Below are positions 48,860 through 58,703 of a DNA stretch of 64,000 nucleotides, piece by piece; position 1 is the stretch's first letter; each line of letters starts with the position of its first letter. This stretch comes from Candidatus Latescibacterota bacterium (GTDB lineage Bacteria > Latescibacterota > UBA2968 > GCA-2709665): NCBI GenBank assembly GCA_965208835.1, contig OZ242358.1, positions 3,808,001-3,872,000 of the forward strand, given 5' to 3'. The notes beneath the pieces are model-generated. The model saw only the letters and a program-made list of their open reading frames with translations. It made no database searches and was not told where the DNA came from. The position numbers were made by a program, and so were the translations under genes.

Positions 48860-49588
48860 TCACGTTTTGGCCAGGATATCCAGGTACGCCTCTACCGTGT
48901 TCGCCAGCCCCATTTCCAGCGCTTCGCCGATCAGCGCGTGGCCGATAGAGACTTCCAGGACGCCGGGAATGGAACAGAACCTGCCCAGGTTCTCCAGGTT
49001 CAGATCGTGCCCCGCGTTGACGCCAAGGCCCGCATCCTGAGCGATCGCGGCAGCCCTTGCGTATCCCTCGAAAACCGCCTCCAGATCCTCGTTCTCTCGA
49101 AACGCATCCGCATAGGGTTCCGTGTAGAGCTCAATCCGATCGGCCCCCACAAGCGCGGCTCGCGGGATCTCATCCGAATCGTAGTCCATAAACAGGCTCA
49201 CGCGGCTGCCTAAAGCCTTCAGTTCCTGAATGATCGGCATCAGGCGGTCGCCGTCCTTCGAAAGGTCCCAGCCATGATCGGACGTAAATGCGTCCGGCGT
49301 ATCAGGTACCAGCGTGCACTGCGTGGGCTTCACGCTCCGCACGATGTCCAGGTATCCGGACTCAAAGGGGTTCCCCTCGATATTGAACTCGACGCCAGAA
49401 ACGAGCGCGTTCAGTTCGTACACGTCTGATGGCCTGATATGCCTCTGGTCGGGCCGGGGGTGGACGGTGATACCGTATGCTCCGGCATCGATACAGATCT
49501 GAGCCGCCCGGGTCACGCTCGGAATGCCTAGGGTTCGCGTGTTACGTAGCAGCGCCACCTTGTTTACGTTTACGCTGAGTCTGGTCAT
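48860..49588 (-). CDS. pdxJ: Pyridoxine 5'-phosphate synthase
   Basis: LSVNVNKVA.LRN, ITVHPRPD.RHI, TLVPD, IELYT, VNAGHDL, EVSIGHALI. Confidence 0.96.
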   Translation of the reverse strand: MTRLSVNVNKVALLRNTRTLGIPSVTRAAQICIDAGAYGITVHPRPDQRHIRPSDVYELNALVSGVEFNIEGNPFESGYLDIVRSVKPTQCTLVPDTPDAFTSDHGWDLSKDGDRLMPIIQELKALGSRVSLFMDYDSDEIPRAALVGADRIELYTEPYADAFRENEDLEAVFEGYARAAAIAQDAGLGVNAGHDLNLENLGRFCSIPGVLEVSIGHALIGEALEMGLANTVEAYLDILAKT

Positions 49589-49870
49589 TTGAGCCGCCTT
49601 TCGCGGAAGCCGGTTTCCGGTCGAAGCCGGCACGACATGAGTGTTCCAGTCAATCGGAAATATAGCCTCTCGGATATCCGTTTTCAAGGGTCAATCATCA
49701 CATCGACCCGGCGGCGCTCTCCGTCAAATTTCACGGTAGCGGCCCACACAGCGAGGTTCTTCAGTGGGCAAAACCCTTGCAGAATGGCAATGCGCTCCGT
49801 TATATTGCCTGACGCGCCTGCGTGGGAGGCGAACAGAAGTTTTCTCCATTTGCCTGACACTGATACAGTT

Positions 49871-50449
49871 ATGTCGAGTCCGCAGCTTGTCCTTATCGGA
49901 GGACCGAATGGCGCCGGAAAGAGTACGGCCGCTCCACAGCTATTGCGAGATACGCTGGATGTGGCCGAATTCGTCAATGCGGACACCATTGCATCGGGAC
50001 TGTCGGGTTTCCACCCGGAGTCAGCTGCCCTTCAGGCAGGCCGCGTTATGTTGGCACGGCTCCGTGATCTGGCGTCGAAACGCGCGGATTTCGCTTTTGA
50101 GTCGACGCTCGCGAGCCGCAGTTTTGCACCGTGGATACGCCGACTGAAGCAAATCGGTTATGTTTTTCATTTGACATTCCTATGGCTTCCCGATCCGGAC
50201 ATAGCAGTCGCTCGAGTGGCGACACGCGTTCGAGATGGCGGCCACGATATCCCCGACGCAACTATTCGACGGCGATACTATTCAGGACTCTGTAATTTCT
50301 TCAGGCTGTACCGTCCGATTGCGGATCATTGGCGTTTTTACGACAACACGGGGACCAGCGGACCCAGATTGATTTCGACGGGCAGCGGTACCGTTGACTT
50401 GGAAATACGGGACCTCAGACTTTGGACACACATTACGAAAGGTGCGTAG
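49871..50449 (+). CDS. Zeta-toxin-like P-loop ATPase/kinase
   Basis: GGPNGAGKST, FVNAD.IA, FESTL, RV..GGHDIP...I.RRY. Confidence 0.88.
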   Translation: MSSPQLVLIGGPNGAGKSTAAPQLLRDTLDVAEFVNADTIASGLSGFHPESAALQAGRVMLARLRDLASKRADFAFESTLASRSFAPWIRRLKQIGYVFHLTFLWLPDPDIAVARVATRVRDGGHDIPDATIRRRYYSGLCNFFRLYRPIADHWRFYDNTGTSGPRLISTGSGTVDLEIRDLRLWTHITKGA

Positions 50450-50453
50450 GATC

Positions 50454-50663
50454 GTGAGAAGATCATCGAGCAAAGATGTTAGCAGGATCTTCAAGGAAGG
50501 CACATTGATCGACGATGCTTTGAGAGAAGCCGTTCGAAAGGCGCTATTGCAGCACAAACGCAACGGGAATCCCATTGCAACCTGGCAAGACGGAAAGGTC
50601 GTGTGGATCCCCGCCGATCAGATCCAGGTAGACATGGATACCGATCAGGAAGCCAGCGGATGA
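50454..50663 (+). CDS. Small hypothetical protein, putative partner of the zeta-like ATPase
   Basis: 69 aa; A.R.AV..AL..HKR.G.PIA.WQDGKVVWIP; its stop overlaps the next start (ATGA). Confidence 0.75.
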   Translation: MRRSSSKDVSRIFKEGTLIDDALREAVRKALLQHKRNGNPIATWQDGKVVWIPADQIQVDMDTDQEASG

Positions 50664-52102
50664 ATCCCAGCAATCTGTTGTTCATCCTCTCCGACCAGCA
50701 CACGCGGGACATCACCGGCTGCTACGGCCACCCGGTTGTCAGGACACCGAACATCGACAGTCTCGCCCGGCGAGGCACCCGCTTTTCCAGCGCCTATACC
50801 AACTGCCCCATCTGCGTGCCGGCCCGCGCCTCTCTCGCCACCGGGCGATACGTCCATCAAACGGGCAACTGGGACAACGCGTTCGCCTACGATGGCAGCG
50901 TATCCAGTTGGGGCCACCTCCTCCGGGAGCAGGGATTTCAGGTCGCCTCGATCGGTAAACTGCACTTCCGCGCCGCAAAGGACGATAACGGCTTTTCACA
51001 GGAGATCGATCCGCTGCACGTCGTGGACGGCGTGGGCGACATATTGAGTTGCATCCGGGGTAACCCGCCGTTCCGCGACAAGCGTTCCGCTATCCTCTGC
51101 GCGGGCCCCGGAGACTCGACCTATCTGCAGTACGACGTTTCGAACGCCGACCGCGCGTGCGCATGGCTGGCAGAGCATCGTGACGACGAGAAGCCATGGG
51201 TGTTATTCCTGTCGTTCGTCTGCCCGCATCCGCCCTACATCGCGCCGCCGGGACTCTTTGAATCCTACCCGCCGGAATCCCTCCCCCTGCCCGCCCAGCG
51301 GCATTCGGACGACTGGCCAGATCATCCCGCCATACGGCGGTTCCGCCGGTTTTTCCACTACGACCGTGGCTTTGCCGAAAGCGAACTGCGAAACGTCACG
51401 GCGGCCTATTACGGGGCCTGTACGCATCTGGACCGACAGATCGGCCGCGTCCTGAACGCGCTCGCGGACAACAATCTGTTAGACACCACACGGGTCCTCT
51501 ACACGTCGGACCATGGCGAATCCCTTGGTGCGCGCGGACTCTTCGGGAAATTCACGATGTACGAGGAAGCCGCTTCCGTCCCGCTCATTCTGGCCGGGCC
51601 CGACGTTCCGCAGGGCCGGGCAGCCCATACGCCCGTTTCTCTGGTCGACTGCTTTCCCACGGTGCTGGAATGCGCTGGCGCTACGAGGGAAGGCACGCAC
51701 CTCCCCGGACGTTCTCTATGGCAGATCGCCAGGAATGCCGACGAGAATCGGACCGTTTTCAGCGAATACCACGCGGTCGGTTCCCGCAATGCCGCGTACA
51801 TGCTCCGTGACCGAACGTGGAAGTACATTTACTACGTGGACGAGCCGCCGCAACTCTTCAATCTCGAAAACGATCCGACTGAAACAACGGATCTCTCTGG
51901 TCTTCCGGACCATCAGTCCACACTGGCGGCGTTCGAGCGGCGGCTGCGCGACATTCTGGATCCCGAAGCCACGGATGCGCGCGCCAAAGCGGACCAACTG
52001 GCGAAAATCGCGTCTTTCGGCGGCGAAGAAGCCGTTCGGAACAGGGGCGCCTTCGACAACTCTCCGGTTCCCGGCGAGACGCCGGCATTCCGGGTCCATT
52101 GA
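50660..52102 (+). CDS. Sulfatase (choline-sulfatase-like)
   Basis: SDQH, CVPARASL.TG (CxPxR), GKLH, PHPP, TSDHG. Confidence 0.92.
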   Translation: MNPSNLLFILSDQHTRDITGCYGHPVVRTPNIDSLARRGTRFSSAYTNCPICVPARASLATGRYVHQTGNWDNAFAYDGSVSSWGHLLREQGFQVASIGKLHFRAAKDDNGFSQEIDPLHVVDGVGDILSCIRGNPPFRDKRSAILCAGPGDSTYLQYDVSNADRACAWLAEHRDDEKPWVLFLSFVCPHPPYIAPPGLFESYPPESLPLPAQRHSDDWPDHPAIRRFRRFFHYDRGFAESELRNVTAAYYGACTHLDRQIGRVLNALADNNLLDTTRVLYTSDHGESLGARGLFGKFTMYEEAASVPLILAGPDVPQGRAAHTPVSLVDCFPTVLECAGATREGTHLPGRSLWQIARNADENRTVFSEYHAVGSRNAAYMLRDRTWKYIYYVDEPPQLFNLENDPTETTDLSGLPDHQSTLAAFERRLRDILDPEATDARAKADQLAKIASFGGEEAVRNRGAFDNSPVPGETPAFRVH

Positions 52103-52167
52103 ATTTCTTCACAATACGATCCTGGTCTCGTCATTCAACTCCGAATACACCAATGGGAGCCTGTACC

Positions 52168-52911
52168 GTGACCGACGAAGAAAAATTCAGCTTCGACCTG
52201 GAGGGCTACCTGGTTGTAAAGGACGTACTCACGCAGGACGAAATGAAGCCATTGAACGCCGTTGCGGACAGGTTCGCTTCCGAAAACGGCGACCCGGGCA
52301 CGAGCACAATCAGCCGCGTCTCTCAATGGAGCCCCGGATTTCAAGCACTGATGGACCACCATAAGATCGTGCCGTACCTGGTCGAATTGCTGGGCCCGAA
52401 GTTCCGCATAGACCATGACTACTGCATCTTCATGAAAAAGGGAGCCGAGCGCGGCGGCCTGCACGGCGGTGAGACGGACACCGAGGCGGACCACTGGTAC
52501 AATTACCGCGACGGCGTGATGCGCAACGGGTTAACCGTGGTCACCTACTTTCTCTCTCCCGCACGGGCAGGAGACGGCGGGTTTGCCTGCATCCCCGGAA
52601 GCCACAAATCCAACTTCATCGACCGCCTTCCCCGGGACGTACGGAAATTCGAGCGTGACGCGCATTACGTGGTACAGCCCGAAGCGGACGCCGGCGACGC
52701 GCTCATCTTCACGGAGGCCCTTATCCACGGGACGAAGCCATGGTCGGCCGATCACGATCGCAGGGCCCTGCTATACAAATACAGCCCCGGACACTCCGCC
52801 TGGTCCCAGGGATACTACGACCCCGGTGAATACGCCGGCCTCACAGATCAGCAGCGGCGACTCATGGCGCCTCCGTCGGTCGGGCGACGACCGGATACCG
52901 TTGAGACGTGA
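52168..52911 (+). CDS. PhyH family Fe/2OG enzyme with HGG in place of HxD
   Basis: FDLEGY, GLHGG, IPGSHK, GDALIFTEALIHGT, RRALLYKY. Confidence 0.87.
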   Translation: MTDEEKFSFDLEGYLVVKDVLTQDEMKPLNAVADRFASENGDPGTSTISRVSQWSPGFQALMDHHKIVPYLVELLGPKFRIDHDYCIFMKKGAERGGLHGGETDTEADHWYNYRDGVMRNGLTVVTYFLSPARAGDGGFACIPGSHKSNFIDRLPRDVRKFERDAHYVVQPEADAGDALIFTEALIHGTKPWSADHDRRALLYKYSPGHSAWSQGYYDPGEYAGLTDQQRRLMAPPSVGRRPDTVET

Positions 52912-53016
52912 GACAGCTTTCACGACACATCATTGGCAAACTGCCCCGACGGACGACAATTCCAGGTCCATCCGTTCCCGCGTCCTGAGAACACGTTACC
53001 AGCAGGAGATTCAACA

Positions 53017-54477
53017 ATGCCCGCCCACGAACCCTGTCCGCTGTTTATCAACGGAGAATGGGTCGAATCCGACCGCACCGTGACCGAACCGGTGTACAAC
53101 CCTTCGGAAGGGATACAGATCTCCGCAACGCCGATGTGCGGCGCCGATGAGGTTGACCGAGCCGTCAGAGCCGCGGGCGCAGCCTTCCCGGACTGGGCCG
53201 AAACCCCGGCAGTCGACCGCGCCCGGCTCATGTTCCGCTTCAAGGAACTCCTTGAAAAACACTTCGAAGACCTCTCCCGGATCGTCACCCGCGAACACGG
53301 AAAAACCCTCGACGAATCCAGGGGCTCCGTCCGGCGCGGTATCGAAGTCGTGGAATTCGCATGCGGGGCACCCTCACTGCTGATGGGCGAGGCCCTGGAA
53401 AACATCGCGACAGATATCGACTGCGACACGATCCGGCAGCCCCTGGGCGTGTGCGCGGCCATCACACCGTTCAACTTTCCCGTCATGGTGCCCCTCTGGA
53501 CCCTGCCTGTCGCCCTCGCCTGCGGGAATACCTTCGTTCTCAAACCCTCCGAAAAGGTCCCGCTCAGCGCCATCCGCATGGTGGAGCTCCTGGCGGAGGC
53601 CGGACTCCCCCGAGGGGTCCTGAACCTCGTGCATGGCGGCCGTGACGCCGTGGACGCGTTGCTGCATCATCCGGACGTACGAACCGTGTCCTTCGTCGGT
53701 TCCACGCCCGTCGCACGGTACATTTACGAGACTGCGACGCGCAACGGCAAGCGGGTGCAGTCTGCGGGGGGCGCCAAGAACTTTATGATCGTCCTTCCCG
53801 ACGCCGACCCGGACGCCACGATCGATGCGGTTATGGGTTCCGCGTTCGGCTGCGCCGGTGAGCGGTGCATGGCCGGCAGTGTTCTCGTGTGCGCTCACGA
53901 CGCCGCCGAACGGTTTCTCCCGCGCCTCAGCGACGCCGCGCACGGTTTGCGCGTCGGTCCCACGGACCGGGATGCGGATGCGGAGATGGGTCCTCTCGTT
54001 ACCCCCGATCATCTCGAAAAAGTGAGGAGCTCCATCAACACCGGGCTTTCCGAGGGCGCCGAGCTGGCCGTGGACGGACGCGACGTGGTTGTGGATGTCT
54101 GCCCCAACGGCTTTTACCTGGGGCCGACCCTATTCGACCGGGTAGAGCCCGGAATGCGGATCGCCCGCGAGGAGATCTTCGGGCCGGTCCTGTCGGTGAT
54201 GCACACGGATGACCTGGATGGCGCCATCGAGACCTGCAACAACAGCGGTTATGGCAACGCCGCCGTCCTCTTTACCGAAAGCGGAGGCGCCGCGCGCAAG
54301 TTCCGCCACCGCATCAACGCCGGCATGGTGGGCATCAACACCGGCGTTCCTGCGCCTATGGCATTCTTTCCATTCTCCGGCTGGAACAACTCCTTCTTCG
54401 GCGACCTGCATGTTCAGGGCCATGAAGGGGTCTCCTTCTTTACACGTCAGAAGGTGACGATCAGCCGCTGGGGATGA
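53017..54477 (+). CDS. mmsA: CoA-acylating (methyl)malonate-semialdehyde dehydrogenase (MmsA/IolA)
   Basis: ITPFNFP, KPSE, SFVGSTP, GGAKN, FGCAGERCMA, EEIFGP, GINTGVPAPMAFFPFSG. Confidence 0.92.
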   Translation: MPAHEPCPLFINGEWVESDRTVTEPVYNPSEGIQISATPMCGADEVDRAVRAAGAAFPDWAETPAVDRARLMFRFKELLEKHFEDLSRIVTREHGKTLDESRGSVRRGIEVVEFACGAPSLLMGEALENIATDIDCDTIRQPLGVCAAITPFNFPVMVPLWTLPVALACGNTFVLKPSEKVPLSAIRMVELLAEAGLPRGVLNLVHGGRDAVDALLHHPDVRTVSFVGSTPVARYIYETATRNGKRVQSAGGAKNFMIVLPDADPDATIDAVMGSAFGCAGERCMAGSVLVCAHDAAERFLPRLSDAAHGLRVGPTDRDADAEMGPLVTPDHLEKVRSSINTGLSEGAELAVDGRDVVVDVCPNGFYLGPTLFDRVEPGMRIAREEIFGPVLSVMHTDDLDGAIETCNNSGYGNAAVLFTESGGAARKFRHRINAGMVGINTGVPAPMAFFPFSGWNNSFFGDLHVQGHEGVSFFTRQKVTISRWG

Positions 54478-54480
54478 GCT

Positions 54481-55569
54481 TTGAACAAACGCCTCCGGAA
54501 AATCTTCCACGACGTCCTTTCTCTGCCCACGGCGCCCTTTTATGAAGACGCCGTTGCGGCATTCATCCGGAAATTTGCCGGGCGGCGCGGAATTCCGGCA
54601 GAAGCAGACCGGTACGGCAACATCGTCCTTAGATACACGAAGGGGGACCGGGCGGAATCCGTAGCCCTGGCCGCACACATGGACCACCCGGGCTTCGAAA
54701 TCCTCGAAGCCGACGGACGGGACCTCTCGGCGCGCTGGCTGGGGGCATGCGACGAACGCCACTTCCCCGGCGGCCGACTCACGATCGTCTCGAAAGGGAA
54801 CGAGATACGCGGCCGGGCCACGTCGGCGCTGGACGACGACAAGACCTTCACCGTCCGTGCCGCGAGTCCGCTCCCGAGTCCTGAAAACGCGTTCGGTTAC
54901 TGGGGCCTCAGGCCGGTCGCGTTCGACGGCGATCTCATCCGGACGAAGGGCGCGGACAATCTGGCAGGCTGCGCGGCGATCCTGGCCGTCATGGACCGGC
55001 TGCATCGCGAGAAGGCAGACGCCGACCTGTTGGGCGTATTCACACGCGCCGAAGAGGTGGGTCTGCTCGGCGCCGGCGGAGTTGTACGCGCACGAACCGT
55101 CCCCAGGCGGGTGCCCATTGTCGTACTCGAGACCAGCAAAGCCCTTCCCGGCGCCGAAATCGGAGGTGGACCCGTCATCCGCGTGGGCGATTCCATGAGC
55201 GTCTTCGATCCGCGCGTTGAGTACGCCATACACAGCACCGCGCGTGACCTCGCCGGGAAAAAACGCAAGTTCGGATTTCAGCGCCAGTTGATGAGCGGCG
55301 GCGTCTGCGAAGCCACCCTGTACATCCTGCATAACATGGTCGTTGGAGCCCTGGCATTTCCCCTGGGCAATTACCACAATCTGGGCAAACGCTGGCCCGC
55401 GGAAGAGATCATCTCCGCGTCCGATGCCGCGAACATGGTCGACCTTTGCTTCGCGCTGGCCATCAACCCGCCCGTTGGCGAAACCCGAGGTCCTATGAAG
55501 AGACGCTTTTCCGCATCCTTCAAATCCAGGGAAGAACGCCTGCTGGTGTCCTGTCCCGAAAATATCTAA
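54481..55569 (+). CDS. M42/M28-clan metallopeptidase
   Basis: AHMDHPG, DNLAG, RAEEVG, LETS, NYHN. Confidence 0.8.
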   Translation: MNKRLRKIFHDVLSLPTAPFYEDAVAAFIRKFAGRRGIPAEADRYGNIVLRYTKGDRAESVALAAHMDHPGFEILEADGRDLSARWLGACDERHFPGGRLTIVSKGNEIRGRATSALDDDKTFTVRAASPLPSPENAFGYWGLRPVAFDGDLIRTKGADNLAGCAAILAVMDRLHREKADADLLGVFTRAEEVGLLGAGGVVRARTVPRRVPIVVLETSKALPGAEIGGGPVIRVGDSMSVFDPRVEYAIHSTARDLAGKKRKFGFQRQLMSGGVCEATLYILHNMVVGALAFPLGNYHNLGKRWPAEEIISASDAANMVDLCFALAINPPVGETRGPMKRRFSASFKSREERLLVSCPENI

Positions 55570-55599
55570 CCATTCGGCCGGTCGCGGTCCTTCGAATCC

Positions 55600-56865
55600 A
55601 TGCAATCCTACCTGCAAACCCTGCGCCTCTTCAACCGTGACGTCCGGCTGTATCTCGCCGCAACGATCCTCTTCGGCTTCAGCCTGTTCGGCGGCATTTC
55701 GTCCCTGTTGCTCAACCTTTACCTGCTCCGTCTTGGTTACGGACCCACGTTTGTCGGGTGGGTAAACGCCACAGGCGCGTTTTCCTTTGCGGTCTGCAGT
55801 CTTCCGGCAGGATTCATGGGGGCCCGATGGGATCCGCGTCGGGTTATGATCGCGGGTATAGGTATCGCCATCATCGGCAACGGTCTTCTCTCCCAGGCCG
55901 CGCTCGTCGCCCCCGGCAACAGAGAACTGTTCATCATAGCCACCAACGCGCTCGGACTGCTGGGTGTGGCCCTCTACATCGTCAACGGCGCCCCGTACCT
56001 GATGGGAGTTACAGGCGCGCGCGAACGCAACCACGTTTTCTCCATGCAGGCCGCCCTCTTTCCGCTGGCCGGTTTCTTCGGAAGCTTCGTAGGCGGCATT
56101 CTACCCGGCCGGATCGCCTGGCTGATGAATGTCGCCCCAAACCACCCGACGCCCTTCCGCTACACACTGCTGGCCGCGTCCGCGCTGCTCATTCCGGCTC
56201 TTTTCCTTCTCATCTCCATGCAGAGGCCTCAGGTCCGTCAACCACGTGAGAGCGTGGAAGAATCCGATGCGCCGTTCCCGGTGGGACTGATTGCGCTGAT
56301 CGGGGTGGTCTCCCTCCTGCACGTTGCCGGCGAGGGCGCCGTTCGTACCTTTTTCAACGTCTACATGGATGCCGGCCTTCAGATACCCACCTCTCTCATC
56401 GGCACGCTGATGGCCACGGGACAGCTTCTGGCGGCGCCCGTCGCCCTGACGTTGCCGTTTTTCACCGGACGTTTGGGCAATCATCCCACGGTCGTGTTGA
56501 GTGCCGTCTGTACGCCCCTGATGCTGATACCCATGGCCCTTCTTCCGCACTGGATTCCCGCCGGCTTCTGCTTTATGAACATCGTGGCTCTGGCCGCCAT
56601 CCGCCGCCCCGCCTTCGTTATCTACAATCAGGAAATCGTGCCCCCGCGATGGCGCGCGACGATGTCAGGCGCTTCGTCCATGATGGCGGGCATCGGCTAT
56701 TCCGTGATCGCGATGGGCGGCGGTTACATCATCTCCACCGCCGGATACCCCGCCCTCTTTTTGACAAGCGCCGCGTTTACCGCGCTCGGCACCCTGATTT
56801 TCTGGGCTTATTTCCGCACCCCGCGCGGCGAGTTTGCCCGACCGACATCAATGAACCCGTCCTGA
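55600..56865 (+). CDS. MFS transporter
   Basis: About 12 TM segments; LLNLYL..LGY pattern. Confidence 0.88.
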   Translation: MQSYLQTLRLFNRDVRLYLAATILFGFSLFGGISSLLLNLYLLRLGYGPTFVGWVNATGAFSFAVCSLPAGFMGARWDPRRVMIAGIGIAIIGNGLLSQAALVAPGNRELFIIATNALGLLGVALYIVNGAPYLMGVTGARERNHVFSMQAALFPLAGFFGSFVGGILPGRIAWLMNVAPNHPTPFRYTLLAASALLIPALFLLISMQRPQVRQPRESVEESDAPFPVGLIALIGVVSLLHVAGEGAVRTFFNVYMDAGLQIPTSLIGTLMATGQLLAAPVALTLPFFTGRLGNHPTVVLSAVCTPLMLIPMALLPHWIPAGFCFMNIVALAAIRRPAFVIYNQEIVPPRWRATMSGASSMMAGIGYSVIAMGGGYIISTAGYPALFLTSAAFTALGTLIFWAYFRTPRGEFARPTSMNPS

Positions 56866-56877
56866 AGGAGATCAGCC

Positions 56878-57771
56878 ATGGAATATCGAACCCTCGGAAA
56901 AACCGGACTGCGCGTATCGGAAGTCGGCTATGGCGCGGCCCAGATCGGCAATATCAATATGCCCGAAGACCGCGTCGAGGAGGTTCTCAACGCCGTTCTG
57001 GACGCCGGCATCAATTTCATCGATACGGCCGCCATGTACGGACAGAGCGAAACCCGTATCGGCAAGTTCATCTCCCGCAGACGGGACGAATTCATCCTGG
57101 CCACGAAATGCGGCGACTACGTGGGGGAAACCGACGGTCAATACCACATCGTGAGGGACTACAGCCGGGACGGTATTCTGCGGACGATTGACCAGAGTCG
57201 CAAGAAGCTGAATATGGACGTGATCGATATCGTCCAGTTTCACGGGCTGCCGGACCCGGACGACGACGACGAGGTGGCCTTCGAGGCGCTGCTCGACGCC
57301 AGGGAAAGGGGCTGGACGCGGTTTGTGGGGGTTTCGGCGGACGGAAACGCGGCCGCGGCGGCAGCCCTGCGGTGGCCCCTCGACACGCAGGAATTCACCT
57401 ACAACATCCTCTATCAGGAATCCGCCGACAATCTCATGCCCGCCTTGAAGTCACAGGGGATGGGTACCATCATCAAGCGCCCCATTTCCAATGCCGTATG
57501 GCAGCAGAAGGAACGTCCCGAAGGCGACTACATGGGTGGTCCCTGGGACCGGGCGCAGTCCATCCCGCTGGCCGAACTGGCAGGAGAGATGCCCATTCTC
57601 GAATTCGTACTGCGCTTCACGCTCTCACACCCGGACGTTTGCACCGCCATCATCGGCTCTACCAATCCCGATCACATCCGCGCCAACGTCGGGATCGCAG
57701 ACGGAGTGTCGCTTTCGGACGACGTCGTACGGAGAGCCAGAGCGGCGTTCAGGGAGCGATTCAGCGGTTAA
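56878..57771 (+). CDS. Aldo/keto reductase
   Basis: LGKTGL.VS, GINFIDTA..YG.SE, ATKCG, IDIVQFH. Confidence 0.92.
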   Translation: MEYRTLGKTGLRVSEVGYGAAQIGNINMPEDRVEEVLNAVLDAGINFIDTAAMYGQSETRIGKFISRRRDEFILATKCGDYVGETDGQYHIVRDYSRDGILRTIDQSRKKLNMDVIDIVQFHGLPDPDDDDEVAFEALLDARERGWTRFVGVSADGNAAAAAALRWPLDTQEFTYNILYQESADNLMPALKSQGMGTIIKRPISNAVWQQKERPEGDYMGGPWDRAQSIPLAELAGEMPILEFVLRFTLSHPDVCTAIIGSTNPDHIRANVGIADGVSLSDDVVRRARAAFRERFSG

Positions 57772-57803
57772 TTCTGAATGTGGATGTCAGAGATTGGAAC
57801 TGG

Positions 57804-57836
57804 ACGCCCGGTATTGCAATACCGGGCGTTTTTCTT
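57804..57836 (+). terminator. Rho-independent terminator
   Basis: Perfect palindrome ACGCCCGGTATTGCAATACCGGGCGT followed by TTTTCTT. Confidence 0.8.
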
Positions 57837-57902
57837 AATAACTGTTTTATTTAATGTTAAGGCACATTTCTACCATAAATCCCGAATTTTTTCAGATTTT
57901 GG

Positions 57903-57962
57903 TTGACAGAAATGCGACATATTCGTATTATAGGCCACGCGATAGTTTTATCTATAAAACAA
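57903..57962 (+). promoter_or_regulatory. sigma70 promoter plus palindromic operator (copy 1)
   Basis: TTGACA-17-TATTAT, a 7-bp gap, then GCGATAGTTTTATCTATAAAACAA. Confidence 0.8.
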
Positions 57963-58215
57963 TCATTATATATTCATTATTTTCGCACTGCATGCAATAC
58001 AATTGATGCCTGAATCGCGTTCGCTTGTCTCTTCCGAAATCGAGGGACCGATCGTGCAGACAGGAAGAGGCCGGACTCGAGACATTGCTGCTGGCTTCGA
58101 TGAATCCGAGACGCCAGGTGTTCTAATCGTTCAGACTGCGACTGTGGGAGCAACCCGCCAGTCGCTACCTCCGGACTGCGGCGTTTTCCGTTTTTTCGAA
58201 AGTGAGGGATACCAC

Positions 58216-58611
58216 GTGGAAAGATCCCATATTCTCGCACACGACGCCGGAAACCGGCAGCCCATATGCGTTTATCGCTGCGACAAGGGCGGCGTGCACG
58301 TCTTCTATGGTTATGTAAACGTCGGTATGCCGCCCGAGCACTTCCGGCGGTTCACGCAAGCGGTTCTCGATGTCCTGAAACGCATTACGGAGGGCGATTG
58401 GGACGGCTATGTGACCCTTCACTACGGATCGACTTCTCTCGTTCTGGCTCAAGAGGATTTCGTACCGTTTGCCGGGACGATACGTGAAGCTGCTCAAGCC
58501 CTTGAGGTCTGCGAGGCAAACCAGGTGAACGGGCAATGCGGACCCGAGGTCCTGCCAGACAACGTCCACGATTTTATCTTTCAATCATACGATCGGAGTC
58601 GTCTGAATTGA
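58216..58611 (+). CDS. Hypothetical 131-aa protein with an internal two-fold repeat
   Basis: GTG after RBS GAGGGA; GGVHVFYGYVNVGMPPEHFRRFTQAV aligns with GYVTLHYGSTSLVLAQEDFVPFAGTI. Confidence 0.65.
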   Translation: MERSHILAHDAGNRQPICVYRCDKGGVHVFYGYVNVGMPPEHFRRFTQAVLDVLKRITEGDWDGYVTLHYGSTSLVLAQEDFVPFAGTIREAAQALEVCEANQVNGQCGPEVLPDNVHDFIFQSYDRSRLN

Positions 58612-58703
58612 ACTGGTAAAAGGCTGTCGACATCGTATGGGGGAGAGACGGATCCGCATCGGATTGACGTGATACGCTTCGCTGGATGTCCGAGAGATTT
58701 TAA

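Noticed and set aside
54130-56034. 634-aa minus-strand ORF and similar long shadow ORFs (43481-45016, 20933-22330, 39650-40855)
   Set aside because: Antisense to well-supported genes, as expected in GC-rich DNA; no motifs.
58165-58584. 139-aa minus-strand ORF
   Set aside because: Antisense to the plus-strand ORF, which has a promoter, an RBS and an internal repeat.
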